Positions 36,533 to 47,936 of a stretch of DNA of 64,000 nt are shown here, piece by piece (positions within the stretch are counted from its first letter, which is position 1; each line of letters opens with the position of its first letter). Source of the stretch: Craspedostauros australis (Eukaryota). The translations under genes were made by a program, and so were the position numbers. Location: contig JALAGF010003296.1 of the NCBI GenBank assembly GCA_030167865.1, positions 62,001-126,000 on the forward strand. The letters run 5' to 3'. The notes under the pieces are model-generated. The model saw only the letters and a program-made list of their open reading frames with translations, was not told the DNA's origin and searched no databases.

Positions 36533-37069
36533 CTAGCGTATCTCTCTCATGGCCTCCGTGAGATGCGGCAGAACGTTGGGATCTGACAGCATGTAGAGGC
36601 AGGACATGGGTCCATCCCGCTGGTAGGTGTCCAGGAAGTTGACGACGGCCTCGTTGTCGCCGTCGGACTCGGACACCAGCTCTCCCAGCCGCGAGACCGT
36701 GGCGGGCGACAGGAGGCCGGGCGCGGTGCGAAAGGACGGCAGGGTATCGCAGGACGCCAGGACCGACTGCGACAGCTTCCAGTTGTTCCCTCTCTCCTGT
36801 TCGGCGCCGACGCTCTTGAGCATCTTCTGCGCGGTCATGGGCGGCGTCTGCGAGGTGGGTCCGGCAGGGGGCAGGTACATGGTCCATTGGTGCTGGGGGG
36901 TCGTTCGCTTTCTGGCGTTGCCTTCTCGATGCTGTTGCTGCTGCAGCTGCAGAGGCTGGTGTCCCGTGAATGGGCTGGAGGTTGAGAACGCTGATGCAGT
37001 TGGAGCCATCGTTGTCCCTGAAACCATCAGCAGCGCTGCGACCATCTGAACTCTTCCCAATTTCATCAT
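36533..37069 (-). CDS. Plastid-targeted hypothetical protein (178 aa)
   Basis: Signal peptide followed by TASAFS (ASAFAP-type cleavage motif). Globular C-terminal part SVLASCDTLPSF...GPMSCLYMLSDPNVLPHLTEAMR. GC3-rich. Confidence 0.8.
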   Translation of the reverse strand: MMKLGRVQMVAALLMVSGTTMAPTASAFSTSSPFTGHQPLQLQQQQHREGNARKRTTPQHQWTMYLPPAGPTSQTPPMTAQKMLKSVGAEQERGNNWKLSQSVLASCDTLPSFRTAPGLLSPATVSRLGELVSESDGDNEAVVNFLDTYQRDGPMSCLYMLSDPNVLPHLTEAMREIR

Positions 37070-38659
37070 TGTTGTTGTTGTTGTTGAGTTATGAGGATGA
37101 TGGGAAAAGGTGATGGATTGTATTGTATTGTGTTGTGTTGCGTTGTGTGGCAGAGCAGAATGAAGCGTACTCTTGGGAATGGAGGTTGGTGATGTTTGTG
37201 ATGTTTGTGCTTCTTTTATCCTCCGATGAGAATGGTTGGTTATGAGAATGTTGTGATGCTGTGTGATGCTATTATGCTATGATGGCAGTGATGTTGTGAT
37301 GATGGCAGTGATGCGATGCAAAGCGAGCAGTTTGATGATAGTGTGATAATGATGTGCGTGGCGCAGTTGCTGATGCGGATGACGATTGAATGGGAGTGTG
37401 AGGGTCCTTTTGAGTGGTCGCTAATTGTATTTGGGTGGTGGGCTTGATGTGTGCTCTGTGCGTGTTGGGCCATACATGCACTCGTACGTGTTACTCGTCC
37501 GTGTATTCGTGGCCGTACCTCGCAAAATTACAGTTGTAGTACGTGTACAAACTCTGTTCGTGGTGTCGTGAACACTGCGTTGTTGCAGACACCCCCTCGT
37601 TGATGATGGTTGGTTGACGTATCTTCGTCGTTTTTTCCCAGTTCCTCGTGTTTTGGCATGTTCGTGATTTTCCATCGCGTGTTGTGTGCCGTACGTAAAC
37701 ACGAGTACAAGTTCGAGTACGGCTGTGTACCAAACACCCAAAACAGAGTGGGAGCAGGCATTCCCATCCACGCACGACCTCTTCGACAAAGAGAAACAAT
37801 CAGAGGAATCAGCAACGCAACGCATCGCCACAAGAACCCATTTGCCGGAGTTTCTCCCTTTGCTTCCGGCCGCGTGGAAATGTACCGAGTCTCCCTGTGG
37901 CTCTCGACGTCCTCACGGTCTGCCCGCCAACACGTCAATCACATCTGCGTTGGTGTTCCACGCACGATGTTGTGATGTACGAGTTCGCGTAGAAGTACAC
38001 GCGAAACGTCAGTGATACGACCGTGAATTTTGGATGACTGACGTTGTGTCCTTGCGACTCCTTCGACCGATTGTTTCATGTCCAGTTCATAAATCTGAAT
38101 GGTGCGGAATGCGTTCGGTGATACTTCGGGGACATTGCTCATTTCGAGTCACGGCTGGCAAGGCAGGTCCGTGATCTGTCCCGACGACAGACAGCAAACT
38201 CGACGGATTTGTCGTGTCCCAATCACGGAGGCCGGATCGGAGCCAGCTGCCTTGGTCCAATCACATCACCAGTTGCCATCCTGGTTCGATCAACCGAGTC
38301 GATGAACGTATCCATCTTGCGGCCAACCACATCAGCGGATCATGACGTCATGTCGTGTTTCCATTGGATCTTTGTGACGACATTCGGCAAACCGCGCAGA
38401 TGTCAACCAACCTCAACTTGTCGACACACGAAAACACACCACAAAACAGACGCAGACAACAGAGAAGAACGGAAGAATCCAACAACGAGAACCAGAACAA
38501 AGCACAACAGCGAAGGGGTGTCACAAAACAAGTTACCATACGAGTACGAGCACGAACTATTCTGCAACATTATTCTGGAGAGGAAGGTGCCGTGTTTGCT
38601 CGACTGATTGCGTGGTTGATTGACACCAAAGACAGACAGAGGAAGCAATCGAATTCGGG

Positions 38660-39355
38660 ATGAGGGTCAATACGAGCTCCGCAGCCGTCGCCATGACGAT
38701 GGCCACAGCGGGACTTGCCTGCACGTCGGCTTTCGTTCCGCAGGTCACGCCATCGCACAGCACGACGCAGCTGCGCATGGGATGGTTTGACAACAACTTC
38801 AAGGCCGGCGGATCGGGCCGCGACGACCTCGATGAGCAGTGGGAGGCCCAGCAGGAGATCCTCAAGCGCCGCAACAAGCCCAAGGCCGAGCGCGACGCCT
38901 ACTTCGCCAAGATCGAGGACCGCCGCGAGGAGGCCTCCAAGAAGCAGAACGACATGTGGGCCTGGCAATCCAAGTCCTACAAGAAGGGCGAGGATCCCAT
39001 CGACGAGTGGAAGAAGCGTCGCAAGTCGGGACAGATCTCGGATCTGAACGACCAGTACGGCGATCCCAAGAAGGTCGGCGGCATCCCCATGCCCATGGCG
39101 TCCTTCGGCGTCGGTGGCGAATTCGGCGTGGGCGGCAAGTTTGACAACGGCGGCCGCTTCGATCTGCGGTTGCCGTATGCCGAGCAAGGCTACGTCGATG
39201 ATGATGCCGACTTCATGGGCAAGTTGTTTGGCAAGAACAAGAAAAAGCAAGCGCCCGAGGCAAAGGACCAGCCAAAGCTTCAGAACAAGAAACAGAAGCA
39301 GCAGCAGCAGCAGAAACCTCCACAGGAAAAGAAGAAGGGTGGCTGGCCATGGTAG
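38660..39355 (+). CDS. Plastid-targeted hypothetical protein (231 aa)
   Basis: Signal ending CTSAFVPQ, transit peptide ending TTQLRM, mature part starting GWFD with a coiled coil. Later GGRFDLRLPYAEQGYVDDDADFMGKLFG and C-terminal KKKGGWPW. Strong codon bias. Confidence 0.85.
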   Translation: MRVNTSSAAVAMTMATAGLACTSAFVPQVTPSHSTTQLRMGWFDNNFKAGGSGRDDLDEQWEAQQEILKRRNKPKAERDAYFAKIEDRREEASKKQNDMWAWQSKSYKKGEDPIDEWKKRRKSGQISDLNDQYGDPKKVGGIPMPMASFGVGGEFGVGGKFDNGGRFDLRLPYAEQGYVDDDADFMGKLFGKNKKKQAPEAKDQPKLQNKKQKQQQQQKPPQEKKKGGWPW

Positions 39356-40530
39356 TGGCGAATGCAGCTTGTAGAATAGTTTGGAGTAAATATCTCAAAA
39401 ACATTCGCCTTGGAGAGCTTTACTCCTGAATGCAATTGCATAATTGAGTACACAGAACGCCCATGCAATCAAGCTTGAATCATTGAGAGATGATCCGCCG
39501 ATCTCATACACTCTCTCTCTCTCTGCCCTTTCTGCGCAGGGAGCATGGCGGCCCACACATCTTGTGCATTGACGTTGGACATATGATATATTGCAGGAGT
39601 ATGTTTGATCGATTTTTAGGTTTGCTGGATAGGGAGGATCTGCTCTCTCGCTGTCGTTCTCTGCAGATAGAGAGAGAGAGTACTCGTCTGTAATGTGACA
39701 GTCGCGACACGAAGATGAGATGTTCTGCGAACAGGTGATGACGTTCCATCGGAATGATGAGATTGGGAACAACACCAGAAGTACTTGGAAGAGCCCCAAC
39801 ATCAAGAGGTGACGTGTCGACGGCAACGTCGTACCATGAGCACTCGTGAGTCAACACTTTCGGGAATGGTTGATAAGGAGTGTTTGTCACATGCGACAAA
39901 CGAACACTGACGTAGGTACAAAGTAGCCAACCAAAGACGACTAGATGGCACACGTGTTTGCGGAGGAACACAAGGGACTGTCGCGTGGGCGCAAGGATGG
40001 GGGAAAGGAAGATAGGTGCCTTGAGAGAACCAGAACAATGAACGCAAAAGAGATGCAGCGCAACGTACCCCATCACACACCACGCACTTCCAGAACAATG
40101 ATGGAACAACAACGACCTTGCCATCATGAGGACTCCGTCAGTGACATCAGTGCCATGAGGACACACGTCTCTCTCTTTCTCTTTCTGTCCGTCTGGTCGA
40201 TAAATCCTTCTTTGCCAGTCGTTGGATTTGGTCTCGTTTGTTACCGTGGTGAACGAGCTGCTGCTTCTGTTGTGATGTTGGGAATCAGTGTCGTCACTGT
40301 CGTTGTCGTCGTCGTCGTCGTCGTCTTGGCCAGAGGAGAACCAGAAGCATCATCGTCATCGTCACCACCAACATCAACCAACGTCCGAAGTGGAAGCGCA
40401 GTTCCCCATTCATCAACGCAACACAGAACAAAACTCTGCACACACAAAGGTCATAAAATTGTTCACGGTCCAATACTTTCGACAGTAGCCATCAACAACA
40501 GCATCCATCAATCACAGCATCAGGAACAAC

Positions 40531-42460
40531 ATGAAAGCTAACAACAACAACAACAACAACGATGAATCTGGCTCTGAGAACCTGAAGCAATACATCCGCG
40601 GAGTCAACGTGGGCGGTTGGTTGACAGCCGAGCGCTTCATCACCCCGTACCTCTTCGCGGTGAACACATGCCACACGGAGGGCAACTTCTGCTGGTACCC
40701 TGGACAGGTCGGCATGCCGGAGGGTGCACAACTCTGCGATCCAGCCGTCTGCAAGCCCATCCTCCCCATCGCAACCTCCGACACCAACAACGACTACCAT
40801 CCCATCATCTCGCACGACTACATGACGTACCCCATCGATGAGTACACCCTTGGACAGGCCCTCCACAAGCACGCAGCCACGCCGGACATCCCCCAGAAGT
40901 ACATGGAACGCCATTGGGACACCTTCGTCACGAAGCAGGATGTCATCGATCTCCGCGATTCCGGGGTCACCCATCTGCGCGTGCCCATGAGCTACTGGAT
41001 CCGCGGCGACGTCACCTCCGTGGACGGCACCACCGAACCCTGGATCTCCGGCGGCTGGCCCTACTTCGTGCGATTCGCCAATTGGTGCCGCGAGGTCGGC
41101 GGACTCACCATCTGGGCCGACCTCCACGGTGCGCCGGGCAGCGAGAACGGCTTTGACAACTCCGGTCGGTACAACAAGGATCGCTCCACCTGCGACGGTT
41201 GGGATCTCGCTTCCGGTAACATCGATCGCACCCTCACCATCCTGCAGGACCTCGTCAACGGCATGGTCGAGGAGGGCCTCACCGACGTCGTCTCCGGCTT
41301 TGGTCTCCTCAACGAGCCGTTCGCCGACTGCCATCTCGACATCCTCTTCAACTACTACAACAAGGCCTTCGAAATCGTGCGTTCCACCATGCACGAGGAC
41401 ACCGCCGTCTTCATCAGCGACACCTTCCGCGTCTGGGAGTTCAACAACGGATTCTGGGCCGACGAAAAGGTCCATCACGGCACCTACCTCGACTCGCATG
41501 CCTACCAGATCTTCTTCAAGCCGGGACGGACCCTCCTGCCGCGTCAGCATGTCGCCTACGTCTGCCGCGGCCTCACCAAGACGGTCAACGGCTGCTGCTT
41601 CGAGGATGCTCCTAAGAATAAGGTACCAGCCAAGGGCCTCTCGCGCATCGTCGGCGAGTGGAGCGGCGCCTTCGATCAGCTGCCGACCGCCATGACGCCG
41701 GATATCATGAAGCACATCGCGGCCAACGGCACGGCCCTCTTCCTCGATCGCGAGCTCGCCCCAGCGCGCAAGAACTTCCTCGAGAGCTACATCAAGGCGC
41801 AGATGGTCGCGTACGAGTCGGCCGATACCGGCGTCTCCAGCGGCTGGTTGTTCTGGAATTTCAAGATGGAGTGAGTTCGTCATTGCCGGAGATCCTATCG
41901 GCATCGCGCGAGTGTTGGTGTCGTATGAATAGTCGCATGGGCATTATTTTGCCAGCATGTTGCCATTGTTTATTTGCTGATACCACATCATCTCACACGT
42001 ACTTTGTACACTCCATTATCACAACCACACTTCTAACAACAACAGGGGCAGCGCCTTCATCGAATGGGACTTCCTGCGCGGCATCCGCGAAGGCTGGATC
42101 CCAAAGATCCCGGCTCCTACGATCTCCTCCGAATCACTGTACGGCTCCTGCATGGACATCCATGATGGCGTCGACAACGAGGACGCACACCTCGTCATGG
42201 ATCTGTACCCCGATCCAAGCATGGAGAGCCCCCAGACGTGGTACCTCAGCGACGATTTGGTCGGCAAGGATTACAACTACAAACCACCGTTGGACAACAG
42301 CACCGCCGACGATGACTACAACATCAACGCCGGCACGACGGATACGTCATCCTTCGACGAGAGCATCTTCTTCTCCATCTTCGGTGTGTGCCTCATGTGC
42401 ATCCTCTTCTTCGTCGTGCGCTGCATGAGACGTAACCGCGGATACACCACCATCAAATAG
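40531..42460 (+). CDS. GH5 exo-1,3-beta-glucanase-like protein with C-terminal TM; exons 40531-41870 and 42046-42460; true N-terminus probably further upstream
   Basis: IRGVNVGGWL, HLRVPMSYW, DLHGAPGSENGFDNSG, acid/base LLNEP, DSHAY, nucleophile IVGEWS, GWLFWNFKME. Donor GA|GTGAGT and acceptor AACAG|G give EGSAFIEWDFLRGIREGWIP, then TM IFFSIFGVCLMCILFFVV. Confidence 0.93.
41871..42045 (+). other. Spliceosomal intron (175 bp) of the GH5 gene
   Basis: GTGAGT donor, TCTAAC branch site and AACAG acceptor. Splicing restores the conserved WNFKME..W motif. Confidence 0.92.
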
Positions 42461-42810
42461 AGCGGCGCTCTACTGTGGGAACTACTGATGCGGCATACCA
42501 GAAGTGCAGTAGTAAGATCCCAACACCACGTCGCGGCAATGTACGTCTGTTCCTCAGAGTACTTCACTCTGATGGACAAGTTCGTACTTACGAGCATATC
42601 CTGCAGACTTGCAGTGTGTGGGATGCACAAGCGCAGGTAACATACTGGAGGTTCCTTGTGCGCAACCATCTCCAAACAAAATAAACTTTGATCTTTTCAG
42701 TGCGCCGTCCATCAACCATGTTTAGAGTCTCTCAAGAGAGAGCACGTGTGAATCCAAATTCTGCCGCATTCTGTGGCGTGGCCTACAGCAGCGCAAAACG
42801 ACACCTGCGG

Positions 42811-43851
42811 TTACCGGTTGCGCCTCGGCCGCTTTGCCGCCGTTGCTGGTGTCTTCTCCTCATCCTTGCTGGTTCCCAATACAGATGCTCTCTTTGTGAT
42901 ACCACCGTCCTTCCAATTCTTCCGCCGATTGAACACGATCGTCGTTTCTGTCGACCTCTCATCATGCACACGATAACCTTCCAGATCGAATTGACGGATC
43001 TGTTCCACCGTCGTCACCTGATGCTGCGCCATGTACCGTGCCATCAACCCACGTGCGCGCTTGGCGTGGACCGACAGCACCCGCCCATCTTGCTGAAAGA
43101 TGACCTTGATCGTGCGCACACCATCTACCATCGTCGTGTTGTTCTTTTTCTTGGCATCTATCACGAAGGGTGCGTACTCGTCGCTGGCGAGGTTCAAAAT
43201 GCAGAATCGTTCCGATCGCAGCCGTTTCGCGATGGCGGGCCGCCAATACTCCACGAGCTTGTTCGTTTTGCCGTCGGTCACTTCCGATACAATGTCCTTG
43301 GAATGCTCCATGTCGAAACGGTACGGTTGCAGTACATCCATGGGACGCAGCCATCCATGCAAGGGGTCGCAGATTCTCAAATTGCGCTGCAGGTATTCCA
43401 ATTCCCGAATCGTCGTCAACGACGCCATGTCGAGACCTTGGAAGGCGGAACCGGAAAAGGTGTACCCGCACGGTTTCCAGGACGTTGCCAAGTTCGTCAT
43501 GGACGGCTCCAGATCGTAATCCCTCCAATACTGCAACGCGGTCTGACGCAGAGACGCCGAGGCGAGTCCCAGAAAGTTGGTCGTGTTGGCATCGCGGGCT
43601 CGATTCTGGATCGCTTGAGCCAGCTTCTTCGTCTTGGCAACATCGCAGGATGGCATGGTCCACGGAATCAACGATTCCTTGGCATTCATATGCTTCTTGA
43701 CGTCCAGAGTCTTGGCCGGAGACAGGATCATGAGAAAGCGCACGCTCATTGCTTCTTCGCACGCTTCTCCCGGTTCTGGCGAAACATGATCGTTGGCTGC
43801 GCCTCCTGCATCGCTGGCTGATGCGCTCGCACGCCTTGTGGTTGGTGGCAT
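42811..43851 (-). CDS. yaaA: YaaA/UPF0246-family (peroxide-stress, DNA-binding) protein
   Basis: LMILSPAKTLD, F.G..FQGLD, YLQRNLRI....G.LRPMD..QPYRFDM, ILNLASDEY, HAKRARGLMARYM and FDLEGY all match YaaA motifs. Start uncertain. Confidence 0.9.
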   Translation of the reverse strand: MPPTTRRASASASDAGGAANDHVSPEPGEACEEAMSVRFLMILSPAKTLDVKKHMNAKESLIPWTMPSCDVAKTKKLAQAIQNRARDANTTNFLGLASASLRQTALQYWRDYDLEPSMTNLATSWKPCGYTFSGSAFQGLDMASLTTIRELEYLQRNLRICDPLHGWLRPMDVLQPYRFDMEHSKDIVSEVTDGKTNKLVEYWRPAIAKRLRSERFCILNLASDEYAPFVIDAKKKNNTTMVDGVRTIKVIFQQDGRVLSVHAKRARGLMARYMAQHQVTTVEQIRQFDLEGYRVHDERSTETTIVFNRRKNWKDGGITKRASVLGTSKDEEKTPATAAKRPRRNR

Positions 43852-44505
43852 GATGGAACAGATACTCCTTCTAGCAGATCTGGCGATCATCCGATCGTGT
43901 GGTACGACTATGGTATGGTGGGACGAACTATGTGCATGCCTCCCAGCAATGACAACGTGTTCTCGTGATGGCTGCCAATCCACGGAAATTCCGTGAAAAC
44001 GACACGATTCGCGGATTTGTATGTCATTGTATTTGTCTGGCCGTCATTCCGTATGCTCCCAAGCAGACTACGAGAGACATGATGGTAGCGATCGATCCTA
44101 CTTTCGGGATTGGGCCCCGAGTGGTGCAGTTCCAACGATTCAGTTGCTTCCCCAGCTGGTGATGTAGTCCAAGTTCCATGTGGACGGCGAGTGGTTCTCT
44201 ATTGCTGCGTTGTTGGATGAAGTGGATAATATTTATATTATACAATATGTTACCATGCACTCTTATGAAGTGTTTCGTTGTGGCATGGTGTGATATCTTG
44301 TTTCATCTCTTAGAGTCATCATGTCCCCCCTGACATGGAGCGAAGTGCTCCTATTGTTGTTAATTGTGTATTGTATTGTACTGTAATGTGCAGTTGCTGT
44401 ACCAGCAGTTCAAGTGTGTCCGTATGTATGATAGAATATGGTACAATGTAATGATCGTGATAGTGTTACAAAGCGCTCGAACGATGAGCGAGGTTGTTGT
44501 TGTGT

Positions 44506-46113
44506 TCAACCTTGCATACTGGTATGTTGGCGCATGCGGTCTTCCCAGTCCACCTGAACGAGGAGGTAGAGCTGCAGCGCCGCCCATGCATCCTCCTTGG
44601 GACAGTGCGGTTTGTGTGGCGCCTGGATGGAGACGTGGAGGTACTGCTTGGCGAGCGCCTTCAGCTTGCGCGGTCCGTACATGCTGTTGACGACGTTGGC
44701 GGTGTTGCCGTTTCCAGCGTGGTCGTAGGTTCTGCACGCTCCGCGGTAGGGAAGGTACTGCTGGAAGGGTTCGTACTTGGCGGTGTCCCGGATGCGATGG
44801 GGTGGGTAGAACGTCATGCCCAAGCATTGAAGGTCGTTCTCCAGCGCGTGGCCGACGAGGAGGGCGTACCGCTTGGTGTTGGGGTTGTAGAGGATGCCGT
44901 GCAATAGATCGCGGCACTGAGACAGCGTCATGGTGGCATGCTGCGCGAGGTACTCCTTGGACATGCCCGAGACGTGCGAGCGGTAGTCGAGAATCTCCTG
45001 GTCCGGAAAGAGCGTGACGTCCATGACAACCGCCCCGGCAAGGTTGAGCAGCGTGACACGCGTGACCATTGATCGATCTCCCGCGATGCCCACCATCTCG
45101 CAGTCAAGCGAGAAGCAGGGCTCCGGCGCGAGAACGTGCGGACGCGGCACGAATTGGCTGTGACATTGACGGCGACTACGACGTCGTGATCTGGAGGACG
45201 CGCCGTTCTTGGATGGGTGGTACTGTTGCTTGCGATCCTTTGACTTGTGAGATCGACGACGTGACGTTGAATCCCCGTGAGAAGTTGTTACGTGTGCCCC
45301 AGGGTTCGTTGTTGTTGTTGTTGTTGTTGCGGCGGGCGCCTGATTGACACGGGCTTTTCTCATGTCTTTGCTATTGGACTTCGGTCGGCGAACATTGATT
45401 GATTGTGGTGACGCAACGAAGGCCCCATGCGGTAAAACCATTTGTACATTTGTTGCAGGGTAGATGGCTGCTGGCGTGTAATATTGCGGTGAGAAGGGTG
45501 GCACGCTCACGGCAGGAGCATTGATGACGTGCTCTTTCCAAGAGCCCATCGATGCAAATGATAACGGTGTCGATGTCACTTGCGTTCTGAATGATGTTAG
45601 CGTTGACGTTGACGTTGTGGGTGGTGGTGGTGTTGGGGAGGAGCCTGCCGAAGAGCCAGAGGATGACACAGAAACCGTCTCATCCGCGGTGGAAGAAGAA
45701 TGGTCGCAGGAGTGTTCATGAGATGCGGCGGCTCTAGTGGTGCCGCCGCAGACGTTGGTCTTCTTGGATGGTGTGCCGCAGCGCATCTGCACATGTTTGG
45801 TGGATGAGGATGACAAAGACGGCCATGCTGCATCGTGGGCTTCTCCTGCCACGCCGCACTGATGAGCAAAGACGATGCCATTGATGGGGCCATTGATGGA
45901 GCCATTGATGACACCATTGATGGGATACGTGTTGGAGCATGTGACAGAACATGTGTCGGAGTACGAGTATCTGGAAGGGTGGTTGGAGCCGTGCGTAGTT
46001 GTGTTTGCCTTGTTGTCCATCTTCGTCGAGCCTCTGAAATGCGATGGCGTCCATGCCTGCGTCGTTGCTGGTCCCGTCATCGCCGTTGTTGTCGCCGTCG
46101 TCATCGTTATCAT
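44506..46113 (-). CDS. DEDDh 3'-5' exonuclease, REX4-like, with long disordered N-terminus
   Basis: ExoI FSLDCEMVG, ILDYRSHVSG, ExoII LVGHALENDL, IRDTA, KLKALAKQYL and ExoIII HCPKEDA. Confidence 0.9.
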   Translation of the reverse strand: MITMTTATTTAMTGPATTQAWTPSHFRGSTKMDNKANTTTHGSNHPSRYSYSDTCSVTCSNTYPINGVINGSINGPINGIVFAHQCGVAGEAHDAAWPSLSSSSTKHVQMRCGTPSKKTNVCGGTTRAAASHEHSCDHSSSTADETVSVSSSGSSAGSSPTPPPPTTSTSTLTSFRTQVTSTPLSFASMGSWKEHVINAPAVSVPPFSPQYYTPAAIYPATNVQMVLPHGAFVASPQSINVRRPKSNSKDMRKARVNQAPAATTTTTTTNPGAHVTTSHGDSTSRRRSHKSKDRKQQYHPSKNGASSRSRRRSRRQCHSQFVPRPHVLAPEPCFSLDCEMVGIAGDRSMVTRVTLLNLAGAVVMDVTLFPDQEILDYRSHVSGMSKEYLAQHATMTLSQCRDLLHGILYNPNTKRYALLVGHALENDLQCLGMTFYPPHRIRDTAKYEPFQQYLPYRGACRTYDHAGNGNTANVVNSMYGPRKLKALAKQYLHVSIQAPHKPHCPKEDAWAALQLYLLVQVDWEDRMRQHTSMQG

Positions 46114-47936
46114 GCTGGCTGGTCTTCACGCGGAGTATCTATGCTCGTATGGTGTATTCGGATGGGATGTATGGTCGTATGATATGTTGCTGTAATGGTG
46201 TCGCGAGTGTTGTTTACATCTGCTGTACTCGATGCTGCGCTAGTCTACTCTATTCCATGTGAATGTGAATGCGAATGTGAATACGAATGTGAGTGATGGA
46301 TGGATGAGTGGTGGACGATGGGTGGACGATGGGTGGTGAACGAGTGATGAAACTGCTGAAAGAAAGTGAGCACCAGAAGACCAAAATTCAGCAAGTGGAG
46401 ACGGAAAGAATTTGTGAGTGGAAGTGGGAGTGGAAGCAGAGTGGAGTGCCTTTGTTCAATGTTGCGTTGTTGTGGTGTGTGCGCTGTGTGTTGTCCATGG
46501 TTTATCCGTAGCTCGTATGGTACGGTACGGTACGGTATGGTGTGGTATGGTATGGCATGAGGAGAATGGAGTGTTTGCATTCTCCCAGAGTATCGTGCTC
46601 AGATTGTTCTGGACATCTCCTGCAAACACGCACAGCCATGAGCACAGCCACACACGCAAACAGAAGCGCAAATGGAAAAGGATATCGTGTCCCACTGGTT
46701 GGAGGCTCGCCACAGCCTTGCTGGAGACCCAAACAGAGAAGACCAAGACAAGAAGCCATTGACACTCACTTGCAAGAAGCAGAAGAAGATGAAATGGATG
46801 CCAACCATCGCGAGATCGCCCTTTCGGTTCCTGTTTGGCATCACCGCCATCACCGCCATTGTGACCATCAGCATGCCACGCATCACGCACAGCAGCTCGC
46901 ACGTACCATGGAACATTCGACCTGTTCAGCACCTTCCGCACTTTCAATGTGTTCAGCATAACACAATGCATGCCGCCGCCATGAGTGGCAATACGAACTT
47001 ACGAGCTATCGAATGGCAGCAGCCTCGTGCGGTTCTCACCTGTCTTTCTCTCTTTCTCTCTCTCTCGCTTGACGACTTTCGCCTCCGTGGTGCATTTCGG
47101 CCGTCCTTCGCTTGTCGGCATTGCTGACAGACCAGTCGATTCTTTCTCCGACCAATCTCGACTCACAAGGCGTGTTTCCGTTTCGCCTCTCGTCTTTTTG
47201 TGTCTTGGGTTTCAACTTCGCACATCATCTCGTGACACGCCGCTCTTCCGTGACCCATCCATTGGTTGGATGTGGGTCCATCAGTCTCGCGCCGACTCGG
47301 TGCGGGACGGCGCACCCCAGGCAGCAGTTGGCTGTTGTTCTGCCGCCAGCACTCCCACGCCACTTGTCGCGACCCAACGCCGAGGTTGAGTGTGCTTGTT
47401 CTCAATTTCCTGCCTTCTCGTTGATGTGGATGTCATTGCTCAGGACACACATCATGTATATGAAATCCGTGATGATATTATTACTTACCACATGCGCTGC
47501 GAAACAGAAATCAAATCTTGTTCTGTTCCAGCTGCGCGCAGCGAACATTGCCATCTGCGTGTCTTGCCGCCTCACATTTCTGACACCCGCTGCGCGCGAA
47601 CGAACACGGAGTCGTTCTTTCCATCACATGAGCTGCAATCTGCTTGTTCTCTGCCGATCCGGTTGCGGTTGTATTGCATTCTATTGGCACGGCGAGCTAG
47701 ACTCTATATCCAGCATGTATTGGTGTGGTAGATACTATTCTATTCTATTTCACTAGTTCATCATCGTCTCGTACAGTTCTATCCTGTGGATCATTTTGTG
47801 TACCAGGTCATACCCGTACAAGCCACTCAGACTCATATAATAGTATGTATAGTATCATATGTATATGTCTATATGTACGGTATAGCACGAGTACGAGGAT
47901 GATGCTTGCAAGCTTGTCGAGGGAGCTTTAACGTTG

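Noticed and set aside
40492..41904. 470-aa minus-strand ORF, and similar long ORFs at 4023-4931, 42688-43821, 48507-49472 and 19660-20580
   Set aside because: These are antisense shadows of GC3-biased real genes, with no recognisable motifs of their own.
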